From positions 51,080 to 115,079 of the forward strand of contig JAOTVB010000007.1 of NCBI GenBank assembly GCA_029863605.1: a stretch of DNA of 64,000 nt, read 5' to 3'. The notes beneath the pieces were generated by a model. That model searched no databases, had not been told where the DNA came from, and saw nothing but the letters and a program-made list of their open reading frames with translations. Below, piece by piece: positions 57,070 through 64,000 of the stretch; within the stretch, counting starts at the first letter, position 1; each line of letters opens with the position of its first letter. A program made the translations under genes and the position numbers. The stretch is from Myxococcales bacterium. GTDB taxonomy: Bacteria > Myxococcota_A > Polyangia > Polyangiales > Houyiibacteriaceae.

Positions 57070-57825
57070 CTACGGAGGGATTTCGGACCCGTCCCAGGCG
57101 AAGACCTTGCCGGTGTCTTGCGGTGTGAGGCCGTCGATCACCGCGAGAAGATGCTCGACGGACTGCTTGGTGGAAAAGAGCTTTTCTTTCGGGACGCTCC
57201 CTTGGAAGGGCTCTGACAACCCCGTATCAACGGTGCCCGGGTGGAGTCCGACGACGATGGTGTTGCGTGCCACGTGACCTAGCTCGATCGACAGGGTCTT
57301 GGTGAACATGTTTTGTGCCGCTTTGGACCCCCGGTACGCATACCAGCCGCCGAGTCGGTTATCGGAGATGCTGCCGACGCGTGCGGAAAGGCTCGCGAAG
57401 ATCGATCGATCGTCGTGACGGAGGAAGGAAGAGAAATGCTTTGCAACGATCAGCGGTCCAAACGCGTTGACCTCAAACACGGTCTTGAGGACCTCGGGCC
57501 GAACCTGGGACAGTCGTTTTTCGGGACCAAAGCCCTCTCCGTGAAGGACGCCTGCAACGTTCAAGATGAAGTGAAGCTTGTCGGTCACCTGTCCGACGCG
57601 CGTTGCAGCCTCCGCTATCGTAGCCTCCTCGGAAACGTCGACGGCAAGCGTCGTGAGCCTTGGCATGTGTTCAGCAGCGATCGACTGAAGCTTGGTGGCG
57701 CGGTCCGGCTCCCGGCAGGATGCGATCACGCGCGACGCCGCTCCCGTCTCCAGCAACTGCCGGACGAGCTCGAGCCCAATACCGCGGCTTGCTCCCTGGA
57801 CGAACGCGATGCGATCGGCGCCCAC
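57070..57825 (-). CDS. SDR oxidoreductase, C-factor (CsgA)-like subfamily
   Basis: GASRGIG, PEK, SARVGSISDN, GGWYAYRGSKAA and HPGTVDT. Confidence 0.9.
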   Translation of the reverse strand: MGADRIAFVQGASRGIGLELVRQLLETGAASRVIASCREPDRATKLQSIAAEHMPRLTTLAVDVSEEATIAEAATRVGQVTDKLHFILNVAGVLHGEGFGPEKRLSQVRPEVLKTVFEVNAFGPLIVAKHFSSFLRHDDRSIFASLSARVGSISDNRLGGWYAYRGSKAAQNMFTKTLSIELGHVARNTIVVGLHPGTVDTGLSEPFQGSVPKEKLFSTKQSVEHLLAVIDGLTPQDTGKVFAWDGSEIPP

Positions 57826-57828
57826 GAC

Positions 57829-58278
57829 TCAACCCCGCTCGAGACCTTGGCCCTGCAAGGCAGCGAGTAGCCAGATGACGACGAGAACGGAACGCCCGGA
57901 CCAGGCCACTGTCCTGATCCAATTTGTGTCGACCAGTCGGTCGATGACGCCGGCTGACAAGCCGTTCGATAGCTGATTGTGAAGAGGCACCTGAAGGAAG
58001 GCGGTCGACCCCCAAATGATCGCCACGAGCGCAAGGCCGATGAACGCGGTGATGCGGCGTGGATCATCGAAACACCACGCCACCGAAGTCAACAGCTCGA
58101 CCCCCATGAGCGGCGCCACGATCAGCGTGATTCGCGTCGAATGCATTGCATGGAACGAATTGAATTGGTCGGAGTCAACGCTCGCAAACCCCGGATAGTG
58201 CACGAGCTGCACGAGCCAGATCAGCCCAGTCAGAGCAAATGTGGTCACCGCTTGAGCGATTAGGAGGGCGTTGGTCAT
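57829..58278 (-). CDS. Four-TM hypothetical membrane protein
   Basis: GLIWLVQLVHYP, VAPLM, QVPLH and NWIRT; start moved to ATG 58278. Confidence 0.8.
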   Translation of the reverse strand: MTNALLIAQAVTTFALTGLIWLVQLVHYPGFASVDSDQFNSFHAMHSTRITLIVAPLMGVELLTSVAWCFDDPRRITAFIGLALVAIIWGSTAFLQVPLHNQLSNGLSAGVIDRLVDTNWIRTVAWSGRSVLVVIWLLAALQGQGLERG

Positions 58279-58285
58279 TTGATGA

Positions 58286-58711
58286 TTAGCGAATGTAGTA
58301 CCCCGAGACGCGAAAGGCGCCGTCGGGGTCGCGCATGGGGGTGACGGTCTCGATGGCATCCGCCTTGTTTTGGAACTTCGTCTGGTACTGGATGACGACG
58401 TACTCGCCATCCGGCGCACCAGGGAGCTTCGTCGCATACTCCGCGGAGGTGACTTCGCGGCTCAGCACCGGTCCGAGCGGGGCACGGACGCTCGCTATTT
58501 GTTGCTCCCATCGTTCCTTGGGCACCAAGCCCCTAAAGTATGCGCACGCCTGCTGCCAGCTGTCGCCGTAGCGCTCGGCGTCGACGATTTCGAGCCAGGC
58601 GTTGCTCGCTGCAATGCCTTCGTCGGTGGCTGCTCCACCTTGCTTATCTTTCAGATCGCAGCCCATCGCAACGATTCCGAGCAAGCCCACAGTGATGAAG
58701 ATGTTTCGCAT
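58286..58711 (-). CDS. DUF4019 lipoprotein
   Basis: Lipobox AMGC; WLEIVD, RAPLG, LPGAPDGEY and ETVT..VSGYYIR. Confidence 0.85.
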   Translation of the reverse strand: MRNIFITVGLLGIVAMGCDLKDKQGGAATDEGIAASNAWLEIVDAERYGDSWQQACAYFRGLVPKERWEQQIASVRAPLGPVLSREVTSAEYATKLPGAPDGEYVVIQYQTKFQNKADAIETVTPMRDPDGAFRVSGYYIR

Positions 58712-58781
58712 CCCGCCCTCCGCGTCCATGATGAAGGCAACCGCGAATCCAAACGAGTTTTTGGCTGAGGAGCCATGCTCG

Positions 58782-59240
58782 CTAGGAGGCAAAGATCTTT
58801 TGTAGCTGCCGGTGGCGCCACGTGAAAAGGCGCGGAACGATTAGATCAAACAAAGCGGCGGCGCCTGGAAACCGGCCTTCCCATCGCAGGCGGTCAGTGA
58901 TGCGGGTGCCGCCCGCAACGTCTTCCAAGAAGCGTTCGTGCTCCCAAACGCGTTGGCTTGCCATGCTGGATCTCTCTACAAACCGACGACCTGGATCAAT
59001 TTCAATGAAGGTCACATCGTCCCAATCGAGGGGCAGGACACCGAACAGGAGAAGCAGGCTGCGAGACAGCGGCTTGCCGAGCGTGACGCTCTCGGGGGTG
59101 AGCTTCGCGACGTCGGTGGGAAAAGTCATGCGAAACCAGGGGCTGAGCTCGCGCTGAACGCCCTGCACCGAGCTACAGTGCGCCCAAACGGTGTCGCGGT
59201 CAGCGGCTAGGACGCTGGAGATCTCGAACGAGTGCGACAA
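58782..59240 (-). CDS. SRPBCC-like protein
   Basis: ELSPWFRMT, LFGVLPLDWD, FVERS and WEHER..TRITDRL; start uncertain. Confidence 0.7.
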   Translation of the reverse strand: MSHSFEISSVLAADRDTVWAHCSSVQGVQRELSPWFRMTFPTDVAKLTPESVTLGKPLSRSLLLLFGVLPLDWDDVTFIEIDPGRRFVERSSMASQRVWEHERFLEDVAGGTRITDRLRWEGRFPGAAALFDLIVPRLFTWRHRQLQKIFAS

Positions 59241-59335
59241 GGCTCCATCGTAGCTCCGAAGCCTTTCCAGGGTCCAGTGGCACCGAGTTTGGACCCTCTC
59301 GCGTGATGCGTTAGTAATGATGTCCGGGGGGTTCC

Positions 59336-59989
59336 ATGACTCGACATCGAAACCATTTGATGCTGCTGGCGCTTTGGCTCTCGGCCGTCGCTTCGTTCGC
59401 GCACGCCGATGCACCTTTAGACAGCTATGCGCTCGCCGAAGGGAAGATCCGCTTCGTCTGTGAAGGCCCGGATGTCACCGTGCCGGCGTGGGGTCAGTTT
59501 GGCACGGTTGAGGGCGCGCTCTCAGTTGATCCGCTCGACTTGCGCAAAGCATCGGGAAACATCGATGTCTACATGGTATCGGTTCGCACCGATGACGCCG
59601 CCTGGGACACGATGTTCCGCCGCGCGGGTTTTCTGGAAATCGACGACTACCCGAAAAGTCGCTTCGTGGTTGAAGAGGTGCGCGGAGCGAAGCGCCTCAA
59701 GCGAGGAGCGTGGGTCCCCGTGACGCTCGAGGGGCGTTTCATGCTGCACGGGATCATCAGAAAAGTCAGCGTCCCGGCGACTGTAAAGTGGATGCCCGCC
59801 GATCCCGGGAGCGCAGAGGACTCCCGGATCCACGTTCGTGCAAGCTTCCACATCACCTGGGACGAGTATCAGATCGCCGTGCCAAGCGGACGCACACGCA
59901 ACTTCACCGGCGACGGTGCGCTCATTCAGGCCGATTTACAGTACAGTCCCAAGAAGGTAAAGATCGCCCGCGGCAAGCGTTCGAAATGA
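59336..59989 (+). CDS. YceI-family lipid-binding protein
   Basis: Signal peptide; GQF..VEG, SVRTD, FLE...YP and G.F.LHG. Confidence 0.78.
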   Translation: MTRHRNHLMLLALWLSAVASFAHADAPLDSYALAEGKIRFVCEGPDVTVPAWGQFGTVEGALSVDPLDLRKASGNIDVYMVSVRTDDAAWDTMFRRAGFLEIDDYPKSRFVVEEVRGAKRLKRGAWVPVTLEGRFMLHGIIRKVSVPATVKWMPADPGSAEDSRIHVRASFHITWDEYQIAVPSGRTRNFTGDGALIQADLQYSPKKVKIARGKRSK

Positions 59990-60003
59990 CCCGCTAGCGA
60001 GCC

Positions 60004-61227
60004 ATGAGCCAAGCGCCGACATCACTCGGGCCTTCTTTTCCGCTCTCGATGGTCACGTTGCTCGACCCCCTCGGCGAATGGCTGCTTCCCGTCGGTGCCA
60101 AACGGGTGATGAAGCTCGCCGAGCGCTTGACCGGGTTTCATGACTATGGCGACGGCTCGGGTGGCTTTCGAAAGCGGCTCGACGAGACGATAGAGACCGT
60201 CCTTCAAACCGACTGGAACACGCTTGGTCGCTTCGGGATTCGGTACATCCTGCATTGGCAGTTGAGCAACCGTCTCCGCATCGTCGAGTTGCTCAAGCAG
60301 CGCCCGGATATCCAAGAGATCGAGATCGAACGTCCGCTCGTCATCACGGGCTTGTTTCGCACCGGAACGACGTTTCTGCACAACGTCTTGGCAGCTGATC
60401 CGAATAGTCGCGTTGCGCGTATGTGGGAGCTTGCTCATCCGGTGGGACGCAAGCGTAACTTGCTCGGCGACGAGAAGTGGCGACGTTGGCGTGCCGGACA
60501 CGTGGTGGCCATGAATCACAGCATCATCCCCGAGCAGGCAGAAGCGCACCTCGTCACGATAGACGCTTACGAAGAGGACTTCTTTCTGCTCGAGAATGAC
60601 ATGACCATCATGAAGTTCTTCGTCGGGCTTGGCGACTTCGCATACGCGCGACGCATGCTCGAATGGGACATGGTCGAGCCCTACCAATGGCACAAGAGGC
60701 AACTGCAGATTCTATGGAAACACCGATCGGCAAAACGGTGGCTTCTCAAGTGCCCGTGGCACCTGTGGAATCTTCAGGCACTTCTTGCCGTGTACCCCGA
60801 CGCCCTTGTAGTTCAAACCCATCGAGGGCTGGTCGACGCCATTGGGTCACAGTGCAGCCTGAGCGCGCGCATCGCGGCAAAGTTTCAACGCACCTTGGAC
60901 CTGCACGAGGTTGGACGGTTCTGGCTCGACTACTCTCGTGTTGGAATGGAGCGCGGTCAGCACGCGAGAAGCGCGCTTCCTCCCTCGCAAATCTACGACG
61001 TGCGCCTCAAAGAGCTTCGCGACAAGCCGCTCGAGGTAATCGAGGACATCTACAGCCGGTTCGATCTGCCCTTCGACGGCGCCCTGGCCGACCAGCTGCG
61101 CGCCCGCATAGCGGAAGAGCCGACGGCCCAGTACGGCGAGCACGACTACGACATCGCAGACTATGGGCTCACCGAAGATCAGATCGAGGCCACGTTTACC
61201 GACTACCGACAGCGCTTCGGAGTCTAG
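60004..61227 (+). CDS. Sulfotransferase family protein
   Basis: ITGLFRTGTT (PAPS loop), WLLKCPWH, THR and H.Y...DYGL. Confidence 0.9.
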   Translation: MSQAPTSLGPSFPLSMVTLLDPLGEWLLPVGAKRVMKLAERLTGFHDYGDGSGGFRKRLDETIETVLQTDWNTLGRFGIRYILHWQLSNRLRIVELLKQRPDIQEIEIERPLVITGLFRTGTTFLHNVLAADPNSRVARMWELAHPVGRKRNLLGDEKWRRWRAGHVVAMNHSIIPEQAEAHLVTIDAYEEDFFLLENDMTIMKFFVGLGDFAYARRMLEWDMVEPYQWHKRQLQILWKHRSAKRWLLKCPWHLWNLQALLAVYPDALVVQTHRGLVDAIGSQCSLSARIAAKFQRTLDLHEVGRFWLDYSRVGMERGQHARSALPPSQIYDVRLKELRDKPLEVIEDIYSRFDLPFDGALADQLRARIAEEPTAQYGEHDYDIADYGLTEDQIEATFTDYRQRFGV

Positions 61228-61247
61228 GCGCGGATGGGGAGCCACTC

Positions 61248-61631
61248 CTAGACCAGGGAATCTCTGTCCGCCTTCGGGTTCAATACGAAAGAGTTCTTAC
61301 CGGTTGCTTGGTACGTGGTGCCAAATCCCGCGAGGAGCTCCTTCGACGCGGCGTTGGGGTTCCCCCAACAACGACACGTAACTTTGTCACAGGCTTCGAC
61401 GACCGCGCCGAGGGGGGCTTTACCCTTCTCGTTGGCTAGATGGGAAGCAAAGGCTTCGTCGGTGGCGTAGACCTCTGTCCACTGGCTGATGCGCTCAGAC
61501 GGATAGTCGGCGTGGTAACAGATTACGCCGGGATGCTTGAGCATCACCTTGCAGAGCGCTTCCTGATTTCTCTTGAAATCGGCCTCGGCGCCGTGTTTGA
61601 TATCCCACTGGATCTTGAGCATGAAAGACAT
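61248..61631 (-). CDS. Antibiotic-biosynthesis-monooxygenase-like dimeric alpha/beta barrel protein
   Basis: W.IK.G...F, PGVI.Y and WTEVY...AF..HL; RBS AGGAGG. Confidence 0.65.
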   Translation of the reverse strand: MSFMLKIQWDIKHGAEADFKRNQEALCKVMLKHPGVICYHADYPSERISQWTEVYATDEAFASHLANEKGKAPLGAVVEACDKVTCRCWGNPNAASKELLAGFGTTYQATGKNSFVLNPKADRDSLV

Positions 61632-61723
61632 GGTGGCACCTCCTCGGCCGATAGTAGCCGACACGCAAGAAATCTAGCAGCCTAGTTGTACGGCCAGCGC
61701 TCGTGTGACAGAAACCCGTTTCG

Positions 61724-62614
61724 ATGGAACAGCAAGAGCTCATCATCCACGGCAGGAGCCTGAAATATCGACTTGGAGGCAAAGGCCCACTAGTGCTTCT
61801 GATTCACGGTATGGCTGGCAGCGCAACGACTTGGAAGCAGGTCATGCCTGCGTTGAGCGAGCGCTTCACCGTGTTGGCCCCGGATCTCCTCGGGCACGGT
61901 GAGTCCGACAAAACGGAGGGGGACTACTCGCTTGGGGCGTTCGCATCGATGCTACGCGATCTAATGGTTGCGCTGGGATACAAACGGGCCACCGTGGTCG
62001 GTCAGTCTTATGGCGGCGGGATTGCGATGCAGTTTGCTTATCAGTATCCGGAGCGCTGTGAGCGGCTGGTGCTGGTCAATGCGGGTGGACTTGGGTCCGA
62101 AGTCAACCCACTCCTGCGGCTGCTCACTCTTCCCGGGTCGGAAGCGGTACTATTGTTGGCCTGCGCACCACCCGTTCGGCGCATAGTCGAATCGATCGGT
62201 CGCGTGGCACTGCGCAAGAAGCTCGAGAATGCGCCCGTCGTCGCCGAGCTCTGGCGGAGTTACTCCTCGCTCGGAGACGTCGAGACGCGCCGTGCGTTTT
62301 TGCGAACCTTGCGCGCAGTGATCGACCCACGCGGCCAAGCTGTGAGTGCAATCAACAAGCTGCACCTAGCGGCCCAGATGCCTACGCTCATCATCTGGGG
62401 CGAGGAAGATCGAATCATCCCCGTCGGGCACGCGTATGCAGCCCGTGAGGCGATCCCAGGGAGTTGGCTCGAAATCATCGAGGGGGTTGGGCATTACCCG
62501 CATTGCGAAGCTCCTGATCGCTTCGTCGCGTCGCTCACGGAGTTCATCGAATCCACCAGGCCCGCTCGGATCAAGATATCACGGAAGCAAATGCTTCGTT
62601 CCGTCTCCCGCTAA
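61724..62614 (+). CDS. Alpha/beta hydrolase
   Basis: LIHG, DLLGHG, GQSYGG, WGEED and GHYPH. Confidence 0.92.
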   Translation: MEQQELIIHGRSLKYRLGGKGPLVLLIHGMAGSATTWKQVMPALSERFTVLAPDLLGHGESDKTEGDYSLGAFASMLRDLMVALGYKRATVVGQSYGGGIAMQFAYQYPERCERLVLVNAGGLGSEVNPLLRLLTLPGSEAVLLLACAPPVRRIVESIGRVALRKKLENAPVVAELWRSYSSLGDVETRRAFLRTLRAVIDPRGQAVSAINKLHLAAQMPTLIIWGEEDRIIPVGHAYAAREAIPGSWLEIIEGVGHYPHCEAPDRFVASLTEFIESTRPARIKISRKQMLRSVSR

Positions 62615-62644
62615 GTCGTCGACTGGCGTTGGGAGGATCGTGTC

Positions 62645-63217
62645 ATGCTCGATGTAACTTTTGTCCCAACTCTCGTTGCGAACGTCTCACTCGGAGGCTG
62701 CCTCGTGGTTTCACTCGTGCGTCCGAGACTTCGAATCTGGCCGCCGCCAGGACGCAACTCCTGGCAATACCGCTTGGTCTGGACGCTGACCGGTCTCTGT
62801 GCCGTGGGAATCGCTGCGGTTGGCGTGCTCGACTGGAATACTTTTGCCTTCAGTCATTGGTCTCGCATTCCCATTGGTACGATCGTCATCGTGGGCGGGC
62901 TTGCGTTCGCAATGTGGGGCGTCCGAGTCCTGGGCGTTCACGCCACTTCCGGACTGAAACACTTGCTCGTGGAGGCCGGTCCTTATCGCTTTACGCGGAA
63001 TCCCCAGTATGTCGGGGATATCGTGCTCTTGTTGGGTTGGGGCATCCTCGCGAACTCTCTTCGTGCGTGGATCCTTTGCATTCCCGCGATGGTATGGTTC
63101 GCGCTCACGCCATTCACGGAGGAACCTTGGCTTCGCAAGCAGTACGGAGAGGCGTACGATGCGTACTGTCAACGGGTGCCCCGGTTCTTGGGTATGCGCC
63201 GCGGCGCATCACGCTAG
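62645..63217 (+). CDS. Isoprenylcysteine carboxyl methyltransferase/PEMT family membrane protein
   Basis: GPYRFTRNPQY, EEPWL and Y..YCQRVPRF. Confidence 0.88.
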   Translation: MLDVTFVPTLVANVSLGGCLVVSLVRPRLRIWPPPGRNSWQYRLVWTLTGLCAVGIAAVGVLDWNTFAFSHWSRIPIGTIVIVGGLAFAMWGVRVLGVHATSGLKHLLVEAGPYRFTRNPQYVGDIVLLLGWGILANSLRAWILCIPAMVWFALTPFTEEPWLRKQYGEAYDAYCQRVPRFLGMRRGASR

Positions 63218-63855
63218 GTGAGTGCCTCGCGGCCCTCTTTCACGAGCCAGGGCACCATGAGAAGCGCGGCGATCGGATCGGCCCACCACCAACCGGCAAT
63301 GGCGTTGGCTGTGAGCCCCAGCAGCAGCGTGAACGAGAGGTACGAGCACGCAAGGGTTTCTTTCGCTTCTGCGCGTAGAGCTGCGCTAGCGATCTCACGC
63401 GCTGCACGGAGCTTGCCCCAGGCAACGAGTGGCATGATCACCAACGAAGCCAACGCAAGTGCGATTCCGATGACGCTTTCGCGCGGAGGCTCGAGCTTCC
63501 AAAGTGTCCAGATTGCCTGAACCGTGACGTAGACAGCAAGCGCGACAAACGTGACGCCTACGAACTGATGCACTCGATGTTCAGTGCGTTCGACGGTTTC
63601 GCGGTCTGATCCGCGCGCCTCCACCGCAAGCCGCCACAACAGCAACCCGGCGGCGATGGTCTCGATGATGCTATCGAGGCCGAAGCCAACCAACGCAATG
63701 CTGTCGGACTCCGTTCCGGCCCACAGAGCGATAGCCGCCTCCATCACGTTGTAGGCCATCGTGACCACGACGAGCCACAATCCGATCCGAAACCACCGCG
63801 AGGTTCCTTTCCGGTCTGCGGTGGCGGGTGCGTGCGCCTCGTTCACTGTTTGCAC
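63214..63855 (-). CDS. Cation-efflux (CDF) transmembrane-only transporter
   Basis: YNVMEA, SIALVGFGLDS.IE, AE..ET..C.YLS and WWWADP. Confidence 0.85.
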   Translation of the reverse strand: MQTVNEAHAPATADRKGTSRWFRIGLWLVVVTMAYNVMEAAIALWAGTESDSIALVGFGLDSIIETIAAGLLLWRLAVEARGSDRETVERTEHRVHQFVGVTFVALAVYVTVQAIWTLWKLEPPRESVIGIALALASLVIMPLVAWGKLRAAREIASAALRAEAKETLACSYLSFTLLLGLTANAIAGWWWADPIAALLMVPWLVKEGREALT

Positions 63856-63923
63856 TGCCCCGGCATGGCCAAAAAGTAGCCCAGGATGATAGACTCGCCG
63901 GACTGGATCAGAAGGAATCGACC

Positions 63924-64000
63924 ATGACCGCTGGCGAGCTTTGCAACCGAACCGTCTACATCATCCGCGCAGACGAGGCCGTCCTGGAGGCGGCTCGTCT
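63924..64000 (+). CDS. Probable CBS-domain protein, truncated by the window edge
   Basis: RBS GAAGGA; MTAGELCNRTVYIIRADEAVLEAAR resembles CBS-protein N-termini. Confidence 0.6.
   Translation, partial: MTAGELCNRTVYIIRADEAVLEAAR

Noticed and set aside
57070-57825. Possible csgA developmental C-signal gene
   Set aside because: This SDR subfamily is widespread outside myxobacteria and no developmental context is visible; orthology cannot be claimed.
1-64000. Mobile elements, prophage, tRNA/rRNA, CRISPR, cobalamin riboswitch, rhodopsin
   Set aside because: No recognisable motifs found by eye; intergenic gaps are short. A covariance-model scan would be needed to exclude small RNAs.

Overview
GC-rich, gene-dense bacterial window, most likely Myxococcota (Polyangia-like), inferred from a MYXO-CTERM-type tail, Gly-rich lipoproteins and a TPR/cNMP-domain protein. 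I saw no rRNA, tRNA, CRISPR array, integrase or transposase. Four blocks: (1) 0-18.5 kb, an ion/osmotic-homeostasis cluster (Na/Pi cotransporter, CNNM/CBS protein, APC-USP fusion, CPA2 antiporter, two MscS, CorA). At its centre are an N-formylglutamate amidohydrolase/GshB-like ATP-grasp fusion, a HExxxH (QEGLA/DUF1704, MATCAP-like) peptidase and a 1140-aa membrane-anchored P-loop NTPase coupled to MscS. (2) 18.5-37 kb, a light/photo-oxidative stress cluster: crtY-crtE-crtI-crtB, a divergent crtU-like gene, two photolyases of different classes, a CrtD-like oxidoreductase and a B12-dependent CarH photoreceptor. Its putative 11-bp-period TnnACA operators are readable at four sites, two of which precede uncharacterised genes. 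(3) 37-50 kb, envelope and lipid genes, including mscL, an M48 peptidase, DUF2330, an orphan cheR and an EXPERA protein. (4) 50-64 kb, a repair cluster (archease-rtcB divergent from polX and a pcm/erythromycin-esterase fusion) followed by miscellaneous enzymes. All family calls are by motif recognition, not database search. Starts were adjusted by eye where RBS or gene overlap supported it.
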